IMG/VR virus record: IMGVR_UViG_3300009678_000054
Coordinates: 35,854 to 99,853 of that record
Strand: one strand, 5' to 3'
DNA: 64,000 nucleotides
Source of the DNA: a virus
Lineage: Duplodnaviria > Heunggongvirae > Uroviricota > Caudoviricetes
Shown: in pieces, positions 19,045 to 30,000 of the stretch
Numbering within the stretch: the stretch's first letter is position 1
Layout of the letters: each line of letters opens with the position of its first letter
Made by a program: the position numbers and the translations under genes
Notes under the pieces: model-generated
What the model was told of the DNA's origin: nothing
Seen by the model: the letters and a program-made list of their open reading frames with translations, nothing else
Databases searched by the model: none

Positions 19045-21657
19045 TTATTTAGGTTGTTCTAATCCATGTAATTTATAAAACATTGCTTTTTTCTCAGGCG
19101 TACCTAAAACAACGTCAAGATAACGCTGAACCATTTCCACATCCGGTGGAAACAACATTGTTCCTGTTTCAAAGTTCTTCACGTTAACTTCAATAGTTTT
19201 TCCACCACCGATAGGTAAAGCAACTTTTACCCTTGTTCCCTGACTACCGTTAACCATGTTTTTAACAGTAGAAACCTGGAACGGATAATTATCCAGTGTA
19301 GTACGAATAGCGTCTTTATAATTATCCTTTTGACTAAAAGGTGTAGAACCATCTTTACTAAGCGTTAATCCCCATACATGAGAAAGATCACTTTTAGGAA
19401 ACGCACTATGAATACCAAAAGAATTATTATTCAAATTATCAGTAACAGTCTGAGTAATATCTACCCACACCGGGGCTTGCTGTTTTCCACCTTTCTTATA
19501 TTCAACTTTTACCTGGTAAGATGGTTTATTGGAACTGAAATTATATTGAACTTGTCCTTCAAGAGGATTTATTGATTCAGCATCATCAGTTTCAACAAAA
19601 CCCGTAAGCTGCTTTTGTACAACTTCTTTTTGAAATTTAGTAAGACCTGCAATAGGTAAAGGTACACTGAAGTTATTAAATACAGCACCACCTTCTTTTA
19701 TATAAATCTTTTCAGCATCATCTCTTTTACCATTAACATACTTTCTCAATGTTTTCATTGTGTAAATGTCAGAATCACTTGCATCACGAGGTATGTAACC
19801 AAAACCTACATCTACTAATTCACTCAATCCTGCTCTACCAGCAATATCAAAACCTTCAGGATATTTCACTCCCGGAACTGCACTTATTTTTGCTTCATCA
19901 CTAAAAACGCCACGTCTACCACCAGGTGTATCAACTGCTCCAAGAGAAATAGCATCTTGAACAGGCATATCTTTAACAGTATTACCGTCAGTTACACGAA
20001 CCATTAAATTACGCCAATCAAAACCAACCTTACCATGAGCTATAGCAGAATTGATAATATCTGTTTCTTTATCCTGGGCAATTTTACTAAACGCTTTTAA
20101 CGAAGTTAATCGACCTTTAAATTGAAAAAGACCTTGTAATTCAGTTGGGTCAGTAGGTAACAATTTATTTAATTCATCACGCTCAGCAGTACTTAGATTT
20201 GCGTAATTGTCCATCTTCGCAACCATATCTCCGACTTCTTTATCAATTTGTCCCACATATGCAGGTTTTGGAATCCACTCTCCATTTTTATTTTCAAATC
20301 TTCCTTTAGTATCATGTGCGCCGACCAAGTTATATAACTGTCTATAATAAGCATAATTAGCCTGGAAATATTCAGTATTAAACTGGTCAATCATTTTAAC
20401 CGGACTTTCCATTTGATTATTCGTACCAGTTAAAGTTTGTTGAGTAAACGGTAAATTAGGATTATAGGTAAACGAATTTACACCATCTTTACCCATTTCA
20501 AACTCCGCTTTATTCTTACGAAGTTCATATTCCTTAACTCTAAGATCATAATCCTTTGCCCATTGCTGAGCCTGAATTTCCATACGATCATGAAAGATCA
20601 ACGGCATGTTGGCTTTATATTCAGTCTTTCTCTGCTGAAAACCAAAACTATTCTGAACATTATTACGCCATGCACTACGATATAAAGATTCCTGAATACC
20701 TTCACGCTGACCCTGAGTCAAAGCTCTTTGAGACGTAATACTAGCTTTTTCCTTTGCATTTGTAGAAAGAGCTTGTGTTTGTTGACCGATCAAATTCTGA
20801 ATTTGCATTTTTGTAGCAGCATCAGAAGTGTTATTAAGTTGCGTGTTAAGCTGATTAATGTTTTCCTTTATAGCGTTAGCAGTAGCGTCATATGTTAGAC
20901 CGATCTTGGTTTGAAGTATTTGATCGGTATCACCACGTAAAGCTGACCATCCATGCGCTCTGAAAACAAGAGAATCGTTCTCGTCAGTAACAGCATCAAT
21001 CGCTTCACGAATACGATCACCTTTCAACCATTTTCCTTCAAACTGAAAATAACCATAACTCTTAGCTAATTCACCTTGTGGTGCTGCATCAGAATCCGGG
21101 GTCAAGGCTTTTAAATATTTCTGTACCTTTTCATTAATCATGTTCATATTACCCTGCGGTAATTCGGTAGGTCCATCATAACGAGTGTTATTAATATCAC
21201 CGTCAGTGGCCCATTCATTGTATCCTTTCATCAAATAGTTAGAAACAGCACTATCGTATTTACCACCATCTTTACCAGACAATTTAGTTCTCGCATCGTT
21301 CTGCAAAGCCTTCATCTTCATAGTTGTTCCAATACCATCCATGATAACCTGATCGCCGTAAATATTATAACCCTGGGCCTTCAAAGAATTTACGTTATTA
21401 ATATCCGACAGATTTACACCGCCAAGATTATTTATACCGTTCACCAGATTAACAAGTTTGGCATTTGCGTATTGACGCAATTCCGGCTTAGCAATTTGAG
21501 TCATTGCTGCCCAGTTATTCACTTCCTGTTGTAACGCAGAAGCCCCCGCATCGAACTTGGCTTGCTGATAGGTATTTACCTTACCAAGCAATTCCAGGTC
21601 CGTTTCCATCACCGGGTCTGGTGCAACGAAAACTCTACTAACACTTGAAATTGGCAT
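19045..21657 (-). CDS. large virion protein (870 aa), function unknown
   Basis: ORF 3 nt downstream of the previous stop (operon packing). No clear motif. Confidence 0.55.
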   Translation of the reverse strand: MPISSVSRVFVAPDPVMETDLELLGKVNTYQQAKFDAGASALQQEVNNWAAMTQIAKPELRQYANAKLVNLVNGINNLGGVNLSDINNVNSLKAQGYNIYGDQVIMDGIGTTMKMKALQNDARTKLSGKDGGKYDSAVSNYLMKGYNEWATDGDINNTRYDGPTELPQGNMNMINEKVQKYLKALTPDSDAAPQGELAKSYGYFQFEGKWLKGDRIREAIDAVTDENDSLVFRAHGWSALRGDTDQILQTKIGLTYDATANAIKENINQLNTQLNNTSDAATKMQIQNLIGQQTQALSTNAKEKASITSQRALTQGQREGIQESLYRSAWRNNVQNSFGFQQRKTEYKANMPLIFHDRMEIQAQQWAKDYDLRVKEYELRKNKAEFEMGKDGVNSFTYNPNLPFTQQTLTGTNNQMESPVKMIDQFNTEYFQANYAYYRQLYNLVGAHDTKGRFENKNGEWIPKPAYVGQIDKEVGDMVAKMDNYANLSTAERDELNKLLPTDPTELQGLFQFKGRLTSLKAFSKIAQDKETDIINSAIAHGKVGFDWRNLMVRVTDGNTVKDMPVQDAISLGAVDTPGGRRGVFSDEAKISAVPGVKYPEGFDIAGRAGLSELVDVGFGYIPRDASDSDIYTMKTLRKYVNGKRDDAEKIYIKEGGAVFNNFSVPLPIAGLTKFQKEVVQKQLTGFVETDDAESINPLEGQVQYNFSSNKPSYQVKVEYKKGGKQQAPVWVDITQTVTDNLNNNSFGIHSAFPKSDLSHVWGLTLSKDGSTPFSQKDNYKDAIRTTLDNYPFQVSTVKNMVNGSQGTRVKVALPIGGGKTIEVNVKNFETGTMLFPPDVEMVQRYLDVVLGTPEKKAMFYKLHGLEQPK

Positions 21658-21721
21658 ATCCTATTGATTGTTAAAAATTAATGCAAATATAATTAGATTC
21701 GATGATAATTTGAAAAATGTA

Positions 21722-21752
21722 ATGAAAAACCGTGACAAAGATCACGGCTTTT
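21722..21752 (-). terminator. rho-independent terminator (minus strand) after the 1223-aa gene
   Basis: Hairpin ccgtgacaaagatcacgg (21730-21747). On the minus strand it is followed by TTTTTCATT. Confidence 0.6.
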
Positions 21753-21760
21753 CGTTATAA

Positions 21761-24700
21761 TTAATCAGAGGTCGTAGTTTTGTGTACCGTTCCTGCTGCA
21801 TCTTTCCAGGTAGTTGTCTTGCGAGTTTTACCCTTCGAGGTCATCTTTATCGGTTGATTATCATTATAATTAACCATAGAAGGGTCAAGATAAGGAGCAT
21901 ACTGATAATCGTTATATTCCCCAAATTGATCGAAAGCCGGGCTAAGTTTCAGCATTAAATTACCACTAACGTTTTGGCGGCGTTTAAGCTGATCTACACG
22001 ACTAAGCTGACCCAGGGATGTAAGGAATTGCTGACGCTGAGCTTCACGACCAAGAAGAACATTTTTGTAAAACTCTCCACGAGACTGAGCATCTGCAACA
22101 CTTTGTTTATCACGAACTTGTGTATTATACGTGATCTCCTGATTCTTAATACCAGCATTTTGATTCTCATACTGACTTAAAATCTGGTTATTAGCACGAT
22201 ATTTCTGACCGAGCATGTTGGCAACATTCGATTGACCAGCACCAGTACCCATTTCATTACTACCTTGTACAGCAGCGTTGAAATCTGCCTGATTAGCCGT
22301 TAATGCGGCTGTAGGGTCAAGTAGCTTGTAACGAAGCTGGTGAAATTCTACCGGATTATAAAGCTCAGGAGAGCGTCTGAATGAATCCACAAGACCTGCC
22401 ATTGGAGCAGCAATGTCCGACCAATAAGTAGGCTCATGAAACCTGTTCTCAGGTTGACGAATAAAACGAGGATTTACATTAACACCTGGGTTAAAAGACG
22501 CACCCGGTGTAACGGGTGAAGCAGGAGCTTGCTCATCAGGTGTAGTAGACGTAGTAACATCCGGTACAACCAATCTATTCATCAAATAACTATCAGGATA
22601 AGCTGCACCCAACGCCTCACGATCAGCCTGGGTAAAAGTATAACCTGGTTTTACTGCAAAAGTCTTCGGGTCAAATGCACGTCCAACTGCTTCGTTGAAA
22701 GCCTTATTCTTACCACTCTTTAACAGGTTGATACCTTCACGATTCAAACCCTCACCCCAAATCGTTTGGTCAATAAGCTCAGGTTGATTCTTCAATAAAT
22801 AATCATACGTCATTTGTTGAAACTTCGCAGGGTCAGTTACATTCTCGATACCAGGAATTAAATCTTTCCATTTATCAACAAGAGCAGAAAGACCACCCGG
22901 ATAAGTAACCTGATTGATATTACCCTTTGGAGTCTTTAACTTTTTAGAAACATTCTGCTTACCTTTAAGACCACCTGTTTGATAAATATTCTTTTGCTTT
23001 TTAGACTTACCATATTTAGCCATAGAACCATCGTCGTTTATTCCGTTAGACGCTTTTACACCTTCTTGATGAAGAAACAATAATTCAAAGATGTCATCTT
23101 CAGTAGGAAGTTCACTTTGAAATTGCTCGTTTAAACGGAGTGTATTCATACCAGTTTTATCTAAGTTAGTGCGTAAGTTTGCATCTTTCTTAGCAGTACT
23201 GTATTGTTTGTTTGATTTATCAAGTTCTTTCTTAGCGGTTTCAAAAGCTCTTGCATGAGTTGTATCGCCTTTGATTTTGATACCAAACGCTTCTTCCATG
23301 ACCGCAGGTTTAACCTTTAATGCTTTTGAACCTTTATCCTTACGCTTATCAGAAGTATCTTCAAGTACACGTTTTACATTAGGAATCATTTCACCACCCT
23401 GCTCATGCGTATTAGCGTTATCAGCCACCTTTGCGTATCCACCATTTTGATTTTGTATAACCTCACCTGCTTCAGCTTCTACATCTGCATATTGCTCCAT
23501 ACCATCCGGTAATCCATATACATTCGGCATTTCATCATTAGACATAATAGTACCATCAGGCATACGATGATAACCATCATACATTTTATAAGAATGACGA
23601 CCACCTTTGTGATACTTCTTAATACCACCCGTTTGCTTGCGAACTAAATTCGGAAACTGAGTGTAAAGCTCATCCTTCATGTAAGCATTTGGATTAGAAC
23701 TACCACCTTCAAAAACAAATCCTTGTTTTTGCGCTTCAAGTCCAGTTTGAATTATTTGTCCTCTGGCATTCTGCAATATTTGAGCAGCTTTAGACAGTTC
23801 ATCCTGTGCAAGATTATTATCAATAGCATTCGTATACGCAGCATAAGCTTGATTGTGCTGATTACCCAACTGCATAAATTTATTTTTAAAAACTACAGCC
23901 GGGTCAATTTGCGGTATAACACCGCCTACTTGCTTTACTCTACCACCATATTTCTTAATTCCAGGAATATCGGTAATATAAGAAGGACGCATACTAAGAT
24001 CACCTTCTTCAGTGAACTCAACATTTCCTGTTTCAGGATTATACTTATAGCTACGATTATAGCGTTTAGTTCCTTCAGTATTTGAAGCAGCTACAGTAGG
24101 AGTTAATTGCAAACTAGCAAAACGTCTTCCATAATTCAATTTTGTAACATCGTTTTGACCTTCAACATCACCGTATAAAGGCTGCTTACCTTGAACAACA
24201 TTATACTGATTTACTTCTTGTAAACTTTGTAAATATTTTTGATAATCATCAGCCCCTAAAGTTGACTGCACTTCTTCTGGACTAAGATATTCTTCATAAG
24301 GTGTTTCCTGTACATATTTTAAAGCATCAGGTTGTTTACCTGCTCTCCTAAGATCAACAAGACCTTTAAAATAATCCTGAAAAGCCTTTGGATTCTTTTC
24401 CTTTAATTTATCATTCAATAAATCTTTATAATGTGACAATGTAGCACTTGAACGATAATAACTTTCTTGAGGCGTATATCCAGAAGCAGTAGTAGTTGCA
24501 GGAGCAGACGGAAAAATAACACCACCTGTTTGCATTTGCTGACCACCTTGTTGTTCTGCCTGAATAGCTTCGGCCATTTGAGCAATAGCCTGTTGCTGTT
24601 CTTCCGGTTGCATTTGTTGTAATTGTGCCATTATATCACGAGGGTCTTCTCCCTGCAACTGAGCAAACAATTGTATAATCTGAGCGATCTGATCTTGACC

Positions 24701-25432
24701 ATTTCCACCACCTTGTTTTCTTCCACCAGCAATCCATCCAAAATAACGCTTTTGCGCATCGGTTAAAGGTTTACCATTGACAATACCTTCTTTCAACATT
24801 TTCTTAGCTTTCTCTGACGATAAACCACCAGCCTGATATTTACGCTTACATCCGCCATATTTATAACTATTCGCACCAGAAGGTATAGACATATCACCAT
24901 AGAATGCTTCATGCGCAATACCAGGATGTTCAAGATTAGGACCAAACCCTGCAGGACCACCACCATACTGCGTATACATAGGTAAATTATTTAAACCTTC
25001 ACCTTCCATATTCTCGAAGTAAGCAGGTTCTAATGAATGAACAAGTGTTTTGTATTCCTTATCCTTTAACTTATTATTTTGAATCATGTTTGCAATACCT
25101 GTAATAGTACTGGCCGCATAATTAAATCCTTTAACATATGGATTTTCTGTAAATCTTCCAGTACCAACTTTTACACGTTCCTCATTAACGTTGTACAAAT
25201 TACCAGCAGCATCTCTTTCCAAAGGAACAACTTTGCCAGTATCCTTAACAGGTGTACCTTCAGAAGTAACTCTAGGACCTGGTGTAACACCAGACGGATT
25301 AACAGGAGAAGGTTGGGCAAGATTCATCCAGTTAAAATTCTGCTGATCGTTAGTAGGCATAAAAAATTGCGGGTCTTCGTTAAGAATACCGCCTTGTGCC
25401 TTTAATCTCTTAAATTTACTCTTGTACTTCAT
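21761..25432 (-). CDS. large virion/internal protein (1223 aa) with Q-rich low-complexity segment
   Basis: 3.7 kb ORF. The Q-rich stretch is QLFAQLQGEDP..QLQQMQPEEQQQAIAQMAEAIQAEQQGGQQMQ. Confidence 0.55.
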   Translation of the reverse strand: MKYKSKFKRLKAQGGILNEDPQFFMPTNDQQNFNWMNLAQPSPVNPSGVTPGPRVTSEGTPVKDTGKVVPLERDAAGNLYNVNEERVKVGTGRFTENPYVKGFNYAASTITGIANMIQNNKLKDKEYKTLVHSLEPAYFENMEGEGLNNLPMYTQYGGGPAGFGPNLEHPGIAHEAFYGDMSIPSGANSYKYGGCKRKYQAGGLSSEKAKKMLKEGIVNGKPLTDAQKRYFGWIAGGRKQGGGNGQDQIAQIIQLFAQLQGEDPRDIMAQLQQMQPEEQQQAIAQMAEAIQAEQQGGQQMQTGGVIFPSAPATTTASGYTPQESYYRSSATLSHYKDLLNDKLKEKNPKAFQDYFKGLVDLRRAGKQPDALKYVQETPYEEYLSPEEVQSTLGADDYQKYLQSLQEVNQYNVVQGKQPLYGDVEGQNDVTKLNYGRRFASLQLTPTVAASNTEGTKRYNRSYKYNPETGNVEFTEEGDLSMRPSYITDIPGIKKYGGRVKQVGGVIPQIDPAVVFKNKFMQLGNQHNQAYAAYTNAIDNNLAQDELSKAAQILQNARGQIIQTGLEAQKQGFVFEGGSSNPNAYMKDELYTQFPNLVRKQTGGIKKYHKGGRHSYKMYDGYHRMPDGTIMSNDEMPNVYGLPDGMEQYADVEAEAGEVIQNQNGGYAKVADNANTHEQGGEMIPNVKRVLEDTSDKRKDKGSKALKVKPAVMEEAFGIKIKGDTTHARAFETAKKELDKSNKQYSTAKKDANLRTNLDKTGMNTLRLNEQFQSELPTEDDIFELLFLHQEGVKASNGINDDGSMAKYGKSKKQKNIYQTGGLKGKQNVSKKLKTPKGNINQVTYPGGLSALVDKWKDLIPGIENVTDPAKFQQMTYDYLLKNQPELIDQTIWGEGLNREGINLLKSGKNKAFNEAVGRAFDPKTFAVKPGYTFTQADREALGAAYPDSYLMNRLVVPDVTTSTTPDEQAPASPVTPGASFNPGVNVNPRFIRQPENRFHEPTYWSDIAAPMAGLVDSFRRSPELYNPVEFHQLRYKLLDPTAALTANQADFNAAVQGSNEMGTGAGQSNVANMLGQKYRANNQILSQYENQNAGIKNQEITYNTQVRDKQSVADAQSRGEFYKNVLLGREAQRQQFLTSLGQLSRVDQLKRRQNVSGNLMLKLSPAFDQFGEYNDYQYAPYLDPSMVNYNDNQPIKMTSKGKTRKTTTWKDAAGTVHKTTTSD

Positions 25433-25448
25433 TTTTCAACTTTTAAGT

Positions 25449-27083
25449 TTATTTCGTAATACCAAGATTTTTCAGACTTTGACCTTTTTTTGAATCAATT
25501 ACCATCAAAGTATCACCTTTTGGAAATTGTTGATTAACGTACTGCATATCTTGTTTACGACAATTAATACAACCGAAACTTTGATTAGCGTTAGTTGTAT
25601 TATAATATTTACTACGAACTTTTGGGTCGTAAGTAGTGTGCATAGCTAAAGCAAAAGCTTCTGGACTAGAACCTTCATAATTCAAAGGACTCATATCAAA
25701 ACCAGGGATACCGTAAATATTATCAGCCGGGTTTAAATAATAAGCACCCATAGGAGTATTTCGAAAATCAGGATTTGCTTCAAGCTGCTGCATAGAATAC
25801 TTATTGTAATTACCTTCAGTATTCTTACCAGTAAGAACAGGGAATTGCTTTTGCACTTTGCCATTTCTTATGACATAACCTTGATTAGTTCTCTTATCAA
25901 CAACTACACCAGATTCCAATTTAGATTTATTTGCATCTTTTTTTACAACTTTAGCTGCGCCATATCCAGGAACTTGTAATTTTCCAGCATTTATTTCCCT
26001 AAAAAGCCTGGTATTCTGTTCAGCCGTTCCAGAATAATTGCCAGCAAAATAATCATTAAACAATCTCTTACGATTAGCATAAGAACCATCAATACCATGC
26101 GAATTTAATAAGTCAACTATGCTTCCACCAGCTTGTGTTTTATACTTTTTAGAAAGTCTTTTTTCATGCACACCGCCTGTCATATACGCAACATCATCTG
26201 CTCCATGTAAAACTGTCTCATTACCTGTTTCATCTCTAACGTATACGGGTTGACCATTGTCCAACCCACGTATAGGATTTGTCCCTTGTAATGGTATGAA
26301 AAGATTATCAATAGAACTGTCGTTCAGTCCTAGATATTGTTGTTCCGGCGTTACTGCAACGTTTCCACCAGATTGTTTTATATATTTAGAAATAGGAATA
26401 TTGTAGGATTCAGGTTTATCCTTCAATTCTCCTTTCAAATATTTTCTTGCTCCGCCCTCACCACGAAAATGCACTAACTTTGCAAGTTGCATATCTGTCA
26501 AAGCTGTCTTGATCTCTTTTCTTATCTTTTGAACTTCGGGAAGGAGATAAGTTTTTTCATAAAAAGAATAATATTTTTCCTGGGCTGTTGGACTATCTAA
26601 AAACTCTTTTTGAGATTTAACACCTGTAACCTTCATAATACTTTTACCCCAATCTCCCCATAGAAATTGATATTTTCCTGTAGCTGAACTATTCTTATTA
26701 GTAGCACTATACTTACCACCGCTTTCGATTGCTGCAATATTTTCACCTAAAGTGCTTTTAGTTTTTCCGCCACCCCCGCCACCACCGCCATGACCCGGCC
26801 CTGTAGTAGGACCTGTAAATATACCACCTTCTCCGTCAAACACAAAATTATAAGCATCATCTTCCATCATTTCATCAGAACTATATTCCTCGGTAGGTTG
26901 TTCATATTCTGTTTCATCAGGGATAACAACATTATTGTCAGTTTCATCTTCCATATCTACCTCATCGAAATATCCAGTATGTTCATCACGATTACCAAAA
27001 AGCTTACGATTAAAATCAGCAAGATTTTGATTGATAAACGCATCAATTATTGAATAATCCTGTATTACTTCAAATTCGTCCAT
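25449..27083 (-). CDS. virion-associated peptidoglycan-remodelling protein (544 aa): lytic transglycosylase/lysozyme-like domain plus C-terminal L,D-transpeptidase (YkuD)-like motif
   Basis: SLT-like segment GENIAAIESGGKYSATNKNSSATGKYQFLWGDWG (catalytic E-S followed by GxYQ). Gly-rich linker GPGHGGGGGGGGK. C-terminal H..SFGCINCRK resembles the YkuD active site H-x(n)-S-x-G-C-[IV]-R. Confidence 0.6.
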   Translation of the reverse strand: MDEFEVIQDYSIIDAFINQNLADFNRKLFGNRDEHTGYFDEVDMEDETDNNVVIPDETEYEQPTEEYSSDEMMEDDAYNFVFDGEGGIFTGPTTGPGHGGGGGGGGKTKSTLGENIAAIESGGKYSATNKNSSATGKYQFLWGDWGKSIMKVTGVKSQKEFLDSPTAQEKYYSFYEKTYLLPEVQKIRKEIKTALTDMQLAKLVHFRGEGGARKYLKGELKDKPESYNIPISKYIKQSGGNVAVTPEQQYLGLNDSSIDNLFIPLQGTNPIRGLDNGQPVYVRDETGNETVLHGADDVAYMTGGVHEKRLSKKYKTQAGGSIVDLLNSHGIDGSYANRKRLFNDYFAGNYSGTAEQNTRLFREINAGKLQVPGYGAAKVVKKDANKSKLESGVVVDKRTNQGYVIRNGKVQKQFPVLTGKNTEGNYNKYSMQQLEANPDFRNTPMGAYYLNPADNIYGIPGFDMSPLNYEGSSPEAFALAMHTTYDPKVRSKYYNTTNANQSFGCINCRKQDMQYVNQQFPKGDTLMVIDSKKGQSLKNLGITK

Positions 27084-30000
27084 TATTTTATAGAATAAGT
27101 TAGGTTATCAATTTTGAATTTACTAATAATCTTGTAAGCACTTGTTTTATCATTAATCAAACGTATTTTAAACCATTGACCTTTGATACGTGATAAATCA
27201 AAATCACCTTTCTTATAGTTGAATGCTAAACCATTCAAATTTTTATCAACATTATTCGCATCGAAAATCCATCTTGGAATTTCAGAACTTTCTTTCACCA
27301 AGTTATAAAACTGATTAAATCTCCATGCGTAATTAGCAATAGCTACTTCAATTTCCCAGTTAGTTATATTTCTTACAGGATACTTACCAACCTCGCTCAG
27401 ATTATTCTTGTCGCTCTTAACCAAATTTAATAAACCTGAATTATAAATATCATTGTAAATAATAGCTTTATTGAAACCAGGAAGCTTACTTCTTACAACA
27501 TAATCATATTCGTTCTGGTATCTACGAACTTCAGTATCGAATTCAACACTATTTAAAATTCTCAATTGTCCTTCAAACTTCGTTACATACTCAGCTATGA
27601 ACGGATATAGTGTACCATAGAACACTTGATAACTTGCATTTGTCAGGTTATGCAACCACAATCCATCCTTACCAGAACCAAAGAAATCAATCGCATCAAT
27701 GTAGTATTCTGGTTTATACGAGTGATAAGAAACCCATGACTTCGTAAAGAAGTTATAAGATATAGTCCATGACGCATCCTTCCAATAACGTTTGTCTCCA
27801 AGTCCAACAGTAACAGGTTGATTATCTACCGTTCTGAAGAATGTTTTTGTTTCAGGGTCATATTCAACACCTGTAGTACTATTTCTAAGCTTGTAATCAC
27901 GCTTAGTCAACAAGAAACGATTATAACGTTTATCAAACGCCATACAAATACCCAAACCGTTAAAGCTATTATCAATGTCAGTCTCAGGCATATTCTGGAA
28001 ATCTCTTAACACACGGAATGGAAGATTTTCTTTAAACCAGTTCTTCATTCCATTTTTAGAAATTTCATCCAAATTTGCAGCATTCGCAGCCAGGTTAAAT
28101 ACCTGTCCACGCTTCGCATCGGGCCAAATATGACCATACTCAGTATGTAAAATAGCTTTATGTTGACTACCTACATAACCTAATGTAGTCTCAGCAAACT
28201 CCTGTGGTGGATTCTTAAACACACCGCCTGTACCTACTTGAACCGTGTCACCGTCAATAGGAATAAGATTATATGCTTTGAATACTAACGTGCTGTTTAC
28301 AGTACGAACAAGCACTGTTCCATTTTCAATACCTTCGATAGATGTTATCTTACCTTTAGATAACGGGAAATCATAGTAATCATTTGCTTTATAAGTTAGC
28401 CAATTACTATCAGTAGCGTATATAATCCTGTTTGGATGTTCTATTCTGCAATCACGGCTTGGTTCGAAATTAGGACCGTCAATACTGAATGGAGTTTCCT
28501 TATTTTGCTTAGAATAATCTTTATTGTAAGCGTAGAAATTATCTTCGCTAATAGGAACGTTTTCTTCCTGCATCCAAAAATCCAAGTCATTTTGAGCCGG
28601 ATAAAAAGCTTTCTCTTTCAAGTTTTCTCCATGACGATAATCTACGTTAACATCTGATTCAACAAGGAAATAAGGAATACCGTAATGATACAAATAAATG
28701 AAACCATTTTGGTAGAAGAACTTATTGGTGCTACAATCACGAATGCTCTTAGGACGACCCATGAATGTTGCAGCACCAGTCGGTGTTACGATAGCCAGGA
28801 TGTCAAGTATATTATCAATCTCCGAACCTACACCAAGTGTATTATTGTAATAATGTCTTGGAACAGCCAGGTTAGGAAAATTCTCATAATTGAAATCAGT
28901 ACCATCAGGTAATCTAAACGTGTTCGCAAGGAAGTACGGAACTTTTGTCTTAAATGCAAAACGATTGATAAACGTATCGCCACCATAAACACCACGACAA
29001 TCATCGTTATCCGCATCCATTTCAAATATACAAGAGTCAGTTGGTAAATATTCAATATTAAATATATTACCATATTGATCTGGCACAAAATTCTTTATAG
29101 CAGCATAATACGATGAAATAGGTTTATTAACACGTTTGTCAAAATCACAAGACACTGCTGCATCTTCAAGCGTGAATCGACTTGTATCAGTTATTCCAGA
29201 AGATACACCTGCATCAGGGAAATCCACACCTGCATAACGCAGGTATAGAGAAGATTCACGATGCCAGTTATTTATCTTTGTACCAACGAATTGACCAGGT
29301 ATTGTATCAGATGGTTCAGATACAATTGAATTCTCACCTTTCAAATAACTCGATGCGCTGATTCTTCTTATCTTATTTCCACTGTTAGGAACATCATCGA
29401 AAGAATTATACTTACCGACAGAATGATATTGTGCTGACCAATCACGGTAAGGCGTAAGCGATTCAATTAAATCTAAAATAATTTTCGCTTCAGCAAGAAC
29501 ACGGCTCATAAAGTTAGCTACACGGCTAAGGAATATAAGTGGGAACAATGGTAACAATGCAGGTTGTCTTGTCGCAAGGAATATAGGATTATACCAATCC
29601 TTATATCTTCCCTGAATTGTTTTTAATGTCACCTCGTGAGCAGAATTGATATTAGCTGCTCTATTTGGATGCAAAATACTATCAATAGACGTATCCGGTA
29701 TCCACGCTGCACCAGGTCCAGTTACAAATGGTAAAAATGGACCAAGTACACCCGATGCCACACCTAAACCAGAAGTAATAAGACCTCTTTGACTATAAGT
29801 ATGTTCTTCTACTTCTTCTGTCTGCAATAATGCGGCTACTATACCTGCAGTCAACGCAATAACATAAGATGTATCTGACAAGAAACGTTGCTGAGCTTGC
29901 TGCGTAGATTTTGTAAAATAACCTTCTGACAAACCATATTCAACTGTCTCAAGTTTCAGCTTAGTACCTACTGTAGGTTCGCTGAAATGTGTATCAGGTG

